64,000 bases of DNA from Phyllobates terribilis (taxonomy: Eukaryota). Numbering within the stretch: the stretch's first letter is position 1; each line of letters begins with the position of its first letter. The DNA lies in the NCBI RefSeq assembly GCF_046119375.1, contig NW_027362761.1, positions 919,708,001-919,772,000 on the forward strand, written 5' to 3'. The position numbers and the translations under genes were made by a program. A model generated the notes under the pieces. The model did not search any database and had not been told where the DNA came from. It saw nothing but the letters and a program-made list of their open reading frames with translations. Of this stretch, positions 1-12,827 are shown one piece after another.

Positions 1-805
1 TTAGGAAGTGGGTCTCCCATAATTTTGGCCTATGCAGTGAATGCAAGAGCTGCCAAAAATTTGGAGGCACTCCAATGCCCCTGGGATGAGACGTGGAGGA
101 GGGCCTCATAAAAAATATTACAAAGGAGCGGGTCTCCTATACTTGTAATGCCCATGCACTAAGTGTATGGGCTGACAAACATTTTCTCCTGGGGGGGGGT
201 ATACATGAACATACTGTATAAAAATTTTTTTTTACGGGCATCATAAACACCCTTTAAAAAAATTATGTGGGTGTTGCATCACGGACCATGGTCACCATGG
301 TGATATGGTGGTGGAGGATGAGGAGGAGGACAAGAGCAAATAGCCAAAATCAGGAAGCATATACCCATGTGTGGGTGTGAAGAGGTGCATGGGAATACAC
401 CTCCCAAAAAAAGACAGTGGATTTGAGTTTATGTTATGCTGCTATCATTCGGTGGTGTTGAGAAGTCTGGCCCAATCCAGCCCTTGTTCATTTTTATAAG
501 AGTCAGCCTGTCAGCACTATCAGTTGACAGGCGGATGCGCTTATCAGCTATAATTCCATCAGCGGCAGTAAAAACCCGCTCTGATAAAACACTAGCAGCA
601 GGGCATGCCAGGACCTCCAAGTGTGTGTAATCACCCTGTATGGTTCCTTGCTCCATCTCATTGTGCTCCGCCTGCAATCCATCCTTTTTGATTGTGAGCA
701 GAGAGTGTTTCAGAAGACAGAGAAGCGGGATGGTGACGCTAATTATGGCGTCATCGCCGCTCACCATCTTGGTGGAGTCCTCAAAGTTTTGGAGGATGGT
801 ACATA

Positions 806-2434
806 CAGTACAGACCAAAAGTTTGGACACACCTTCTCATTTAAAGATTTTTCTGTATTTTCCTGACTATGAAAATTGTACATTCACACTGAAGGCATCA
901 AAACTATGAATTAACACATGTGGAATTATATACTTAACAAAAAAGTGTGAAACAACTAAAAATATGTCTTATATTCTAGGTTCTTAAAAGTAGCCACCTT
1001 TTGCTTTGATGACTGCTTTGCACATTCTGTGCATTCTCTTGATGAGCTTTAAGAGGTAGTCACCGGAAATGGTTTCCACTTCACAGGTGTGCCATATCAG
1101 ATTTAATAAGTGGGATTTCTTGCCTTATAAATGGGGTTGGGACCATCAGTTGTGTTATGCAGAAGTCAGGTGGATACACAGCTGATAGTCCTACTGAATA
1201 GACTGTTAGAATTCGTATTATGGCAAGAAAAAAGCAGCTAAGTAAAGAAAAACGAGTGGCCATCATTACTTTAAGAAATGAAGGTCAGTCAGTGCGAAAA
1301 ATTGGGAAAACTTTGAAAGTGTCCACAAGTGCAGCTGCAAAAATCATCAAGCGCTACAAAGAAACTGGCTCACATGAGGACCGCCCCGGAAAGGAATACC
1401 AAGAGTCACCTCTGCTTCTGAGGATAACTTTATCTGAGTCACCAGCCTCAAAAATCGCAGGTTAACAGCAGCTCAGATTAGAGACCAGGTCAATGCCACA
1501 CAGAGTTCTAGCAGCAGACACATTTCTTCCACAACTGTTAAGAGGAGACTTTGTGCAGCAGGCCTTCATGGTAAAATAGCTGCTAGGAAACCACTGCTAA
1601 GGACAGGCAACAAGCAGAAGAGGCTTGTTTGAGCTAAAGAACACAAGGAATGGATATTAGACCAGTGGAAATCTGTGCTTTGGTCTGATGAGTCCAAATT
1701 TGAGATCTTTTTGTTCCAACCACAGTGTCTTTGTGTGACCAGAAAAGGTGAACAGATGGACTCTACATGTCTGGTTCCCACCGTGAAGCATGGAGGAGGA
1801 GGTGTGATGGTGTGGGGGTGCTTTGCTGGTGACACTGTTGGGAATTTATTCAAAATTGAAGGAATACTGAACCAGCATGGCTACCACAGCATCTTGCAGC
1901 GGCATGCTATTCCATCCGGTTTGCGTTTAGTTGGACCATCATTTATTTTTCAACAGGACAATGACCCCAAACACACCTCCAGGCTGTGTAAGGGCTATTT
2001 GACCAAGAAGGAGAGTGATGGGGTGCTACACCAGATGACCTGGCCTCCACAGTCACCAGACCTGAACCCAATCGAGATGGTTTGGGGTGAGCTGGACCGC
2101 AGAGTGAAGGCAAAAGGGCCAAAAAGTGCTAAGCATCTCTGGGAACTCCTTCAAGATTGTTGGAAGACCATTTCCGGTGACTACCTCTTGAAGCTCATCA
2201 AGAGAATGCCAAGAGTGTGCAAAGCAGTCATCAAAGCAAAAGGTGGCTACTTTGAAGAACCTAGAATATAAGACATATTTTCAGTTGTTTCACACTTTTT
2301 TGTTAAGTATATAATTCCACATGTGTTAATTCATAGTTTTGATGCCTTCAGTGTGAATGTACAATTTTCATAGTCAAGAAAATACAGAAAAATCTTTAAA
2401 TGAGAAGGTGTGTCCAAACGTTTGGTCTGTACTG
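806..2434 (+). mobile_element. Tc1-family element, DD38E (Intruder-type), 1629 bp, ~268-bp TIRs, TA TSD
   Basis: TA at 804-805 and 2435-2436. TIR CAGTACAGACCAAAAGTTTGGACACACC... at 806-1073 and 2167-2434. Removing it restores GACATATGTACC, as in the paralogous hAT at ~29664-29675. Confidence 0.93.
1220..2271 (+). pseudogene. Tc1 DD38E transposase with frameshift(s) and stops
   Basis: Paired-like N-terminus MARKKQLSKEKRVAII; WSDESKFE; QQDNDPKH...SPDLNPIE with 38 residues between the second catalytic D and E. Confidence 0.9.
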
Positions 2435-4539
2435 TATGTCTAACATCCATGTCCATTCCTGAGGTCTTAAGTGTGGAGTCTGAACTGAATACCGATGGCC
2501 TTGTTGATGCTGGTACTCAACAACTGCCCTCTTGTGCTCACAAATCCTTCCCAACATCTGCAGTGTAGAGTTCCAACGTGTGGAGACATCACACACCAGT
2601 CTGTGAGCCGGAAGCTGCAAACGCTGCTGAAACACGGCAAGGGCGGTGGAAGCTGTAGGAGACTTTCTAAAATGGACACACAGGTGGCACACTTTAACAA
2701 GCAGATTCGGCAGCTCCGGGTAAGATTTGAGAAACCACTGAACCATGAGGTTAAGCACATGGGTCAGGCATGGTACTTTTGTGAGGTTCCCGCCATTGTC
2801 ACACACGACCATGTCTGGCTGTAGGTTCAGAGGTGTGAGCCACAGATCTGGCTGTTATTTCAGAGCTGTCCACAACTCTTCAGCGTTGTGCGGTTTGTCA
2901 CCTAAGCATATTAGCTTCAGCACAGCCTGTTGCTGCTTCGCCGAGGCAGTGCTGCAGTGCTTCCAGCTTGTGACTGATGTGGTCATTTTCGGAGATGAAG
3001 GCTGAAGAGGAGGAAGAGGCTGAGGAGGATGAGATGCAGGATCTGTAGACTGTGGGGGCAACCCTGATTGACCTAGTGCCCACAATCCTTGGCATCGGGA
3101 GGACGTGTTCCGTCCCAAGGTCTGACTGGGTCCCGGCTTCCACTATGTTAACCCAGTGTGCCGTCAGTGAGATGTACTGTCCCTGCCCACAAGCACTTGT
3201 ACACCTGTCCGTGGTTAGGTGGAGTTTCCCGGTAACTGCGTTATTGAGGGCATGGCTAATATTTTGGGACATGTGCTTGTGTAATGCGAGGATTGCAGAC
3301 CGGGAGAAATAGTGGTGACTGGAGACCGAGTACCAAGGGACGGCCGCCGCCATCAAGTTGCTGAATACTTCTGTCTCCACGAGCCTAAAAGGCAACATTT
3401 TGAGCGCAAGCAGTCATGAAATGTGAGAATTTAGTAGTGTGGGCTGTGGGGCGTTGGCTGCGTATTTACGCTTGCGTTCCAAGGACTGGGGTATGGACAA
3501 CCGAACGGTGCGCTAGGACAAGGACGTGGACGTGCTTCCTGATGCTACTACTTGAGAGTGTGCAACGACAGGGCAGGAGCCATCTTCGCATGCACCACGG
3601 ACAGGGGATTGGCTTGCGTGCACAACAGCGGAAGAAGCAGTGGTGCCACCCGCAGACACTGTTCCTGGACCATGGGGTTCGGTCCACAAAGTCGGGTGCT
3701 TTGCTGCCATGTGCCTGATCATGCTGGTGGTGGTCAGGATGGTAGTTTTGCCACCCCTGCTGATGCTGGCCTGGCAAGTGGTTCAAATGGCCTTTTAGGA
3801 GTTATCGGCAGAGTCTTTAAAAAACAATCAGACTCGGGAAGACCTAACAGTTGTACTGGCAACTTTCTTTTTGCTGGTGTTACGGGGAATGGTTGCCTGC
3901 CTTCTGTCTGCGGCCACCACACTGCTTCTTCCACACCCTGCTCCTCCTCCTGACTTTCTGGCAATTGTGTCTCATCATCGTCCACCTCTTGTGACACTTT
4001 CCCACTGTCACCTTCATGTAGCCGTGGCTGCTCAAATATTTGGGAATCGCTACATGCGATCTCCTCTTGCCCCACTTCAAGTGGACCAGGCGAGAGGCCC
4101 GAATCTTTAAATGGAAAAGTGAATAGCTCTTCGGAGTGTCCAAGTGTGGGATCAGTTGTCTCCAGGCACTCGGCATGGTGGGAGGAAGGAGGATCAGGGT
4201 GAGGAATATGCAGTCCAGACTCACGGCTACTGAGACTTGACCGTGTGGAAGACAGGGTGGTGGTGGTGGCAAAGTGACCGGAAGTATTATCCGCTATCCA
4301 ACCAAATACCTTTTGACACTGCTCTGGGTTCAATAGTGGTGTGCTGCGGTCCCCTAGGAATTGGGACAGGAAGGTAGGGTGACAAGATGTGGGTGTTTGT
4401 TGTGGCACAATTTCAGCTTGCCCACGGCCTCAGCCTCGGTCTCTGCATGCACCATCACCATCACGTCCATTTCCCCGTCCCTTACCACATGCCTTGCCCA
4501 TTTTAAAAGGAGGACAATATCTTCCACGCTCACTGCAAT

Positions 4540-5760
4540 TGTCTGAATTTGGAGCGAAGTTATATGTGATCCGTGTGACGGAGAAACTTCAGTTTTAAAT
4601 ACCTGGCCTGTAGGTAACTATTTTGAACAGCAAACCGGTGTCAAAAACTTTGCTGACACACTGAAAAAAGTTTGAATGGAGGCCAGAAATGGCAGTATTT
4701 TCAGCGCAATTATACGTGATCCATGTGACGGACAAACCACAGTTTTAAATACCTGGCCTGTAGGTAAATCTTTGTAATACTATTGTAGGAACTCGAGGAT
4801 TCTGGTAGCATGGAGCAATGAACAATCAGAGACGGGTTTCTTTAATGCAAATAGTGTATTTGTATAACAGCAATAACACCCAAACACAATATGCTGATAA
4901 CCCGTAGTGACATGCAATGAAACAAGTCCTGCAATATTAAGCCCTTGAAACCTATATAGCAAAAATCAGCAAGGTTCTTACGACGGAATCTTCACACAAA
5001 TGTGACCAAAAGCTAAGTCTGACACACTGGTGACGTGGCTCAGTTCAAATACTGCTGGTGTAGTAAGAGTCAAATCCAGGTATGCAGTAACGCAGGGAAG
5101 TCCAGAAACAAGTCCACAAGTTAATCCCAGATGCGGCGTAAATACAGGGAAGTCCAGAAACTAGTTCACATTTAAGTATTATTCCAGTAATAGTTCCAAC
5201 CGCTCTCACCGAGAGAGTGAATGAAGGATTAAACACAGTTCAGAAGCACAGTTCTTACCAGATGGAGTGAACCATAGGTTGAATTCCAAAATCAACAGGC
5301 TAATGATAACACAGTGAGTGTAGCTTGCATATGCAGAGAATGTCCAAAGCCATGGGTAGAAGCTCACTTCTGCCGAGAACCACCTGTAGAAAAACCTGGT
5401 AAAGCACCCTCCGGTAAATACACAAAAGATCTGGGAGGTAATAGAAGAACAAGGCAGCTGAGTTGAAGGGAACCGGAAGCAGAATACTCCAGCAAGGAAG
5501 CCAGCATCTGGGCCGGGTTTTAAACAAACGAACAGGAAGTAGGGCATACAAAAACAGCAAACTCCATTTTAACAAAGGGCAAAATCATTCACAAGGTGAC
5601 CTAGAAAACCCGGAATACTGACACTCTTTTGAACAGCAAACCGATGTCAAAAACTTTGCTGACACACTGAAAAAAGCTTGAATGAAGGCCAGAAAAGGCA
5701 GTATTTTCAGCGCAATTATATGTGATCCGTGTGACGGACAAACCACAGTTTTAAATAGCT
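4540..5760. repeat. 150-bp tandem repeat in the hAT1 5' region (~2.5 units), interrupted by a solo LTR
   Basis: GTGATCC(G/A)TGTGACGG at 4566, 4716 and 5722. The reverse complement is homologous to the 150-bp unit at 26905-27440. Confidence 0.8.
4784..5623 (-). mobile_element. Solo LTR, 840 bp, 4-bp TSD (gypsy-like)
   Basis: TG...CA ends (TGTAGG...CTGACA); TSD CTAT/CTCT (one mismatch). Removal restores the 150-bp repeat unit. ATTAAA on the minus strand near 4843. Confidence 0.75.
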
Positions 5761-6414
5761 GGATTTTTAGCGCTGTAATATGGGAAGGGCCTGGCTATAT
5801 TCTGCAGTGCCAACAAGCAAATGGCACAGAAAAACGGTGTTCTCTGGATTGTTTTTTAAGCAAATAATGTGGATTAGCATCCAAATAAAATTATTCCTGG
5901 CCCTTGAGACCTGGGCCTTTGTCTAGAAATGTCTAACAGCAGCAGAAGGCAGAACTGGAATGGAGCCTCTTGTGCTATATGTACTGCACTCTGCTATATA
6001 CCCTGCCTGCCCGCCTATATACACTGTCTGACTGATATCTTAGCAGATGGATTAATCCTCAGAAGGACTGTTTGTTGAGATGGATATGTGTAATTGTAAC
6101 ATCCCTGGTGGCATGCTGGCATGGCTTACCATCTCCCACCATGCGCGACCGCCAACTTACCTATCAGTCCAGGCTGCACACTTTGTTCCAGTACTTACTG
6201 TGTGCATGTCTCTTGTCTGATTGCTTAGGGCGGCGGTGCAGTTACTGCCTGATTCTTAAAGCTACAGTGTGCGCACTCCTAATGCGCCCCCAGCCTATTG
6301 CTGTGAGTCACTGGATACTTAAACCCCCTCCACCCAGTAGGAGGTGCCTGAGCAACACTTTCTTTCAGTGTGTTCTGTGCAACTGAGTTGCCAGATCCTG
6401 TCCTGTATCTTGTT

Positions 6415-6590
6415 TGTTTCCGCCACCCTGGTGGCTGAGTACCCAGGTCCGTTACCTGTATCTGTGACTTCTAGTCTGTTTCCGCCACCCTGGGGGCTGA
6501 GTACCCAGGCCCGTTACCTGTATCTGTGACTTCTAGTCTGTTTCCGCCACCCTGGGGGCTGAGTACCCAGGCCCGTTACCTGTATCTTGT
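6415..6590. repeat. 62-bp tandem repeat x3 in the solo LTR
   Basis: CGCCACCCTG at 6421, 6483 and 6545. Confidence 0.9.
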
Positions 6591-6879
6591 TCCTGGTTCA
6601 GTTCCTGTCTGAACTGTGTCCTAGCCCGTTACCTGTTTGTCTCTATGTCCGAACCTTCCCTTTTCCTTCAGTGTCTGAACCTGCACCTAACTCCAACTCG
6701 TTGTCTCTGTACTTCTGTTTGTGAGTTTTGTGTCCACTCGCTACTTCAATGCAAGTACCTTGTGTGTATCTGGTTCTGCTTGTCCTGTTTCCCTGCCTCC
6801 ATATCTACCTCCTGTGTTCTAGCTATCTTCCTGTGTTTCCCAGTCTGTTCCATGTGAACAGAGCCCTGTCCTGTCTGCC

Positions 6880-7320
6880 TGTACCTTCTGCTCTGCTTGT
6901 CCTCCACACCTGCGGTTTCGCTCTACTCTGCTTGTCCACGGCACCTGCGGTTTCACTCTGCTTGTCCTCCGCACCTGCAGTTTCGCTCTGCTCTGCTTGT
7001 CCTCCGCACTTGCGGTTTCTCTCTGCTCTGCTTGTCCTCCGCACCTGCGGTTTCGCTCTGCTCTGCTTGTCCTCTGCACCTGCGGTTTCGCTCTGCTCTG
7101 CTTGTACTCTGCACATGCGGTTCCGCTCTGCTCTGCTTGTCCACCGCACCTGCAGTTTCGCTCTGCTCTGCTTGTCCACCTCACCTGCGGTTTTGCTCTG
7201 CTCTGCTTGTCCACCGCACCTGCAGTTTCGCTCTGCTCTGCTTGTCCTTCGCAGCTGCTGTTTTGCTCTGCTCCGCTTGTCCTCCGTGCCTTCGGTTCTG
7301 CTCTGCTTGTCCACCGCATC
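6880..7320. repeat. 35-bp minisatellite (CTCTGCTCTGCTTGTCCTCCGCACCTGCGGTTTCG)n
   Basis: Period 35 (e.g. 6961, 6996), about 12 units with some shortened ones. Confidence 0.92.
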
Positions 7321-7374
7321 TATGGCTCTTTTCCTGTATCCCAGTCTGTGCTAGTCACTATCCAGCCTGCGTTC

Positions 7375-7555
7375 CTACCTGCCAGTACCCACCTGTCTGC
7401 ATACCAGCCGTGCCTGCCGGTACCCGCCTGTCTGCATACCAGCCGTACCTGCCAGTACCCACCTGTCTGCATACCAGCCGTGCCTGCCAGTACCCACCTG
7501 TCTGCATACCAGCCGTGCCTGCCAGTACCCACCTGTCTGAATACCTGCCACGCCT
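7375..7555. repeat. Second, unrelated 35-bp minisatellite (CCTGCCAGTACCCACCTGTCTGCATACCAGCCGTG)n
   Basis: Period 35 (7381, 7416), about 5 units. Confidence 0.92.
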
Positions 7556-8846
7556 GCCCGTTCCTGCATTCCCCACTGTGGGTCAACAGCTGTGACCGGG
7601 GTCTGACCTGGAGTAGCATCTGGGCCACCTCCCACGTCCCTCCTCAGACCACAGAGTCGATTAAGCCGCCGTGTGTTTGTGGTCGGATCTGGCGAGGCCC
7701 CTAGTCACGCCCCTCCAGGCACTCCTCGGTTCGTGGCCCAGTGGGACCACTAACCACGCTCACACCAGTCAGTCCGGCCGTGAGCGTAACAGTAATGTAC
7801 TTGTTTTCTCCCTACACTACCTAATACACAAGCAAATCTCTTCCTAGCTCAGCAGCACCTCTCCCTACACTGCATGATTGCGGAGTAGACTGACGAGCAC
7901 AGTGGCGCCAGGTCTGATATAGACCTGATAATGCTGTGTGGCTAACCAATCACTGTAATGCCACAACCATCATGGCTGCGGCACTACAGTGAGTGACAGG
8001 CAACGACTGCATGTTCATTGGCTCTGTAAAGGGCGCCAAACATGCAGGGAGGGGACACGAGCATCCGTCCGAGCATCTCGCAAGTGCTCGGGGAGCTCTG
8101 AGCATCTCGCAAGTGCTCAGGGAGCTCCGAGCATCTCGAGTACTGAGATAATCGGGCGAGTACCGAATATTTGCGTGTATGCTCGCTCATTGCTTGTAAC
8201 TAGTGCAGTAACATTGCAGTCCATATTGGCAATCTGGAGTGTTGAGGGATCTATGTAATAACTGGCCAGAAAGATAAGCTTTTATACTGCACTCAGGATA
8301 GGGGAGAGGGGAAGACCTATTAAGTAGCAAACAGTGCCATATCTGCCACTAGATGGCACGTAATGGGGAGCAGCCAAAGTACCAGGAGTTTTTATTATAT
8401 TTTTCCTGTTTAGAAATACCTTCTCTCTCTAGGATATGATAGTATGTTATAGGGAGGTTGGGGAAGTATGGAGTGAGCTCAGCCTGTTCCACACAGGGCA
8501 GGTGTCAGCTATGCTATACAACCTGCACCTGTCTTGATTTGAGTGATGCAACTCCAGCAGGCGTACATTCAGGCACCCATCGGCCATGCAACATATAAAA
8601 CAACATTTAAATTATATGTACACTTTAAGGCCAATACAGTTGAGTTGGTAATCTACTCCAGATTGTCAAATGCAGCATAGAGATTCTGTAAGCAAAGAAG
8701 TAGAGAGTAGTTGCCATATTTTGCTATGATGAAAAGATTTGAGACTTTGATAACAGAGCTTACCCTCCTTGCTGGTAATGGAGTCAGCTGCAAGGAATCT
8801 TTACCGGTGGGTGCTGTGCTTAGCTGGTGTGCACAGCAATGTAGGA

Positions 8847-9128
8847 AAGGAAAAGGAATTCAGCAAATCTGTCCATTATTGTATAATAAATGCTCTTTAT
8901 TTTTAATCCTTTAAAACACAAACGTGCATGGCAGCGTTTTAAAAACTGATGCGTTTCTGCCGAACGCACCCTTTATGATAGCAACATGATTAACAGCAGG
9001 TTCGCCAGAAACGCGTCCATTTTTTTAATGCTAGCATGAACCATGGACCATAGAGTTTTAATGGATTAAAAATAAAGATGAACATTTTTTATACATTACC
9101 GGACAGATGTGCTGAATTCCTTTTCCTT
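8847..9128. mobile_element. Small fold-back MITE-like element (~280 bp)
   Basis: AAGGAAAAGGAATTCAGCAAATCTGTCC ... GGACAGATGTGCTGAATTCCTTTTCCTT; further inverted matches inside. Confidence 0.65.
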
Positions 9129-9664
9129 GACTACTGTTATAATATGATTAGTAAGCTTAGCCTTTAGTCTTTACTAGGACTATTCACGTGGTATATCAAT
9201 TTTATTCCTTCATATAAAATCCCAAAGTATCTCACTTTATGGTTTAACAGGTACTTTTCCTGTTTTCATGATATTCAAGAAGCAGGAAAAGTAACTGTTT
9301 TTGGATCAGTCTTTCTATTCCAAACTATCTCTCCTTTGGGATATGTAATGTATGGGTCTACTTGCATTCAGTGCACCATTGGCTCCAAAACATGTCTGGT
9401 TCCAAACATCCACCCTGTATATTAATTCTTGTTTTAGTGATTTGTGGTTTGGAATATAAACTGTGTTTTATGAATTTGCATGTTAAGCTTTACTCAGCTA
9501 CTTGGCATACCTGCGAAGGCAACTGACATGTCTGTAAATGTAATTTGTTCAAATCCTGTGTACAGCTTTGACCACTTGCAGTATTTGGAGGTATGGTTAT
9601 ACTATGTTACAAATAGTCTACTCGTATTATCAACTTAAAATTAAAGTGACAGAAAAATAAGTCA

Positions 9665-10636
9665 GGCTATGTGCCCATGATGCAGAAATGCTCTGGATTT
9701 TTCCTGAGCGTTTCTGCATCTCCCTGGCAGAAAAAAACACATGCGGATTGTACATGCGGATTGTACATGCGGATTGTACATGCGGATTGTACATGCAGAT
9801 TGTACATGCGTTTTTCCTGCCAGGGACATGCGGGTGTGAAGCATTTTTCACATGCGATTTCGCATGCGGGTTGTCAAGCGCTTTCCAAGCAATTTTAGCA
9901 TCACTTGGAAAGTGCTTGACAACTTGGTCACACTATATAAATCCATGCAAACGGCATGAATTTATATAGTGTGACCGTAAAAGAATGGTAAAAAATAAAA
10001 AATAAACCTTATACTCACCTTCCTATGGCCCCCGGTCTCCTCCGGTGCATCCTGTGTGTTGGGCGGCTCACGGTGGTCTTAAAGGACCTTCATTTAGTTA
10101 TGTGACAGGCCACGCGACCACCGACGTCAGCATTCGCGTGACCTGTCACATGACTAAATGACATCATGGAAGGTCTTTTTAGACCACTGCGAGCCGCCGG
10201 GAAGCCAGGATGCATTGCTATGGAGACCGGGGGCCATCAGAAGGTGAGTATAATGTATTTTTTTATTTTAAATTCTTTTTTTTACAGGTACTATGGTACC
10301 CGGGTCTGGAGGAGAGTCTCCTCTTCTCCAGACCCGGGTACCATCCGCACATTGAATCGCTTAATATCCACATGTGCACATGTAGTCATGTGGATATTAA
10401 GTGATTCAATGCAAGTCAATGGCGGCAATTACGCCATGTTTCCGCAAAATTATTCATAGTGCTGCGGATTTTTCCGCAATGATAATCCACAGCGGAAATT
10501 TCCGCAGCATGTGCACAGCACATGCGGATTATCATTGGGGAACATGGCAGGCCTTCTACCAAGAGTTTTCTAAGTGTTTCTGCAGCAGAATTGCCGCTGC
10601 GGAAATGCTTAAAAAACGCATAGTGGGCACACAGCC
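9665..10636. mobile_element. PIF/Harbinger-type non-autonomous element, copy 1
   Basis: TIR GGCTATGTGCCCA / TGGGCACACAGCC, flanked by TCA/TAA; (CATGCGGATTGTA)x5 array. Homologous to 38097-39015. Confidence 0.8.
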
Positions 10637-11207
10637 TAATTCAAAGTTTAAAAGCACACCCGTCTCTTCAGGTGACTTTTCAGAATATATTGTCATGTGT
10701 GTGTACATGAGGAGTAATGGCATTTCTGACTATTATATTACCTGCACCTTGTGTTTCTCACCAGTCATCCCCACTGCAAACTGAATACTAATTCTTCATT
10801 TACTACCCTTCAATCCTTTTCCCAACTTCATTCTTTTTATTCTTCTCACCCATAAACACATATATCTACTAAAACAATACCAACGAAATGAGCCAGAACA
10901 TATGTTGGAATAAGTAGAACGTGTAGGTACATGTTCACACTGTGGCCACCTAACAGGCAAAACCTTCTATAAAAAGAAAATGAACAAATATCCTACAGTA
11001 AGTAAATAAATAAACAGTAATAGTAATTGTAAATAACATAGGGTACTTAGCTGACACTGCTTTGTTAAAAAAAAAGTATAAAAGCCATCCCACCGCGACA
11101 AGGTGTACCCAATCAGAATGGTCCTATCTCTAGTATTAAACCTCACCACGTGTCAGCAGTCCTCAGTAAGGTACTGTATATATATTATCCAGTGCAGCTG
11201 TTATTAA

Positions 11208-12448
11208 CACCTTCATGACCGGAGCAATTTCCGTTTTTGCATATTCGTTTTTTGCTCCACTTCTTCCCAGAGCCAGAACTTTTTATTTTTCATTCAATAT
11301 GGCCACGTGGGGGCTTATTTTTTGCAGGGCGAGTTGTACTTTTAAACACCATCACTGGTTTTACCATACAGTGTACTGGAAAACGGGAAAAAAATTCTAA
11401 GTGCGGTGAAATTGCAAAAAAATGCAATTCCACAGTTGTTTTTTTTTTTTACCACATTTACTGAATGCTAAAACTAACCTGCCATTATTATTCTCCAGGT
11501 CATTATGAGTTTGTAGACACCAAACATATCTAGGTCCTTTTTCATTTAAGTGGTGAAAAAAAAATCCAAAGTTTGCTAAAAAAAAAAATGGCGCCATTTT
11601 CCGAGACCTGTAGCGTCTCCTTTTCGGGATCTGCGGCTGGGTGAGGGCTAATTTTTGCGTGCCAAGCTGACGTTTTTATTGATACCATTTTGGGATGAAT
11701 ACGATGTTTGATCGCCCATTATTGCATTTTACTGCAATAGTGCGGCGACCAAAAAAAATTTAATTCTGGCGTTTGGAATTTTCTTTCTCGCTACGCCGTT
11801 TACCGATCGGATTAATTCTTTTTTTATATTGATAGTTCGGGGATTCTGAATGCGGCAATACCAAATATGTGTATGTGTTTTTTTTTTTATTATTTTATTT
11901 TGAATGGGGCAAAAGGTGGGTGATTTAAACTTTTATATTTTTTTATTTTTTTTATATTTTTAAAAACATTTTTTTACACTTTCCATAGGAAACTAGAAAC
12001 AGCATTTTTCTGATTGATTCTACTGCATACAGGCGACGAGCAGATCGCCTGTATGCAGTAGAAATGCTCATGTGCTACGAACGCCGTCCACTAGGTGGCG
12101 CTCATAGCAATCTTTACGTGACAACCACAGGGGTCTGCTGCAAACCCCGGGTGACCATGCCCACCCATCAGTGACCGGCGATCACTTGACAGGGTCACCG
12201 ATGGGCGGGGTAAGTGACGCGCTTCCGGCGCGGCGCTGTTAAATGCCGCTGTCAGAGATTGACAGCGGCATTTAACTGGTTAACAGCCGCGAGTGGATCG
12301 CGATTCCACCCTCGGCTGTTGCGGGAACATGTCAGCTGTAAGAATCAGCTGACTTGTGCGCAGTTCAGTGCGGGCTCACCGCCGGAGCCCTCGCTGAACC
12401 GGCCTTTCCGACGTGGTGCGTACTATTACTGACCACGTCAGAAAGGGG
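11208..12448. mobile_element. TTAA-targeting (piggyBac-like) non-autonomous element, copy 1
   Basis: TTAA at 11204-11207 and 12449-12452; ends CACCTTC / AAAGGGG. Colinear homologue at 18778-20045. Confidence 0.85.
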
Positions 12449-12827
12449 TTAAGGTATAACCCTCAGAGCAGCTAAGCTGTGCAGCGTGATCCCCTGGCAA
12501 TAGATGTCGCCAAACACAGTGATCAAATACCGCAGCTTCATATTAATACATTTTTTTTAAATAAAAATTAAACACTGAACCATAACTGCTTTATTTGCAT
12601 ACATAATCCTTAAATATTTTTAATTGAAATTGGGTAAAGAGATTGCCATTCATTAAACAAACTTCCTTGTTTTTATCTGTTTTTTCTTCTTCTTCCTCAT
12701 TATATTATTTATTATTTAATATCACGCCATATCCACACCCTGAGGGGCATCACTCCACACATTGGTACTCTTTTTTGAATTTTTTTAATACTTAAACTGC
12801 TTTTTCTGCGTCTACCTTCATCTGTAG

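Larger units (their letters stand above)
429..4501 (-). pseudogene. hAT transposase pseudogene (BED finger, DDE core, C-terminal dimerization domain), split by a Tc1 and carrying an internal deletion
   Basis: Start MGKACGKGRG at 4501. BED finger V*LFF..AI*TTC..MIRHMAAKH has three stops. Motifs: HLTTDRCTS, VCDNGGNL, CLTHVLNL, CDVSTRWNST, LACPAASVLSERVF. About 0.7 kb is missing relative to the copy at 27520, at the junction near 620-630. Confidence 0.9.
6095..7791 (+). mobile_element. Solo LTR, 1697 bp, 5-bp TSD GTAAT, with internal minisatellites
   Basis: TGTAAC...GTAACA ends; GTAAT at 6090-6094 and 7792-7796. The flanks join into hAT 5' subterminal sequence. TATA-like TACTTAAA at ~6316. Confidence 0.85.
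1..8195 (-). mobile_element. Large Ac-type hAT DNA transposon (hAT1), degenerate; 3' end lies outside the window; carries three nested insertions
   Basis: Transposase pseudogene 429-4501. 5' terminus-like GCTCGCTCAT at 8181-8190. 7796-8190 and 5900-6094 are reverse-complement homologues of the 5' subterminal region of the element at 26269. Bases ~55-90 (GAGGCACTCCAATGCCCC) match the reverse complement of the 3' region at ~32745-32770. Confidence 0.8.

Noticed and set aside
6728-7704. Many overlapping long Cys/Ala/Arg-rich ORFs
   Set aside because: They are products of stop-free 35-bp minisatellites, open in several frames on both strands.
9180-9430. ~80-codon open frame (GLFTWYINF...) in non-repeat DNA
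   Set aside because: No recognisable protein and no convincing donor site.
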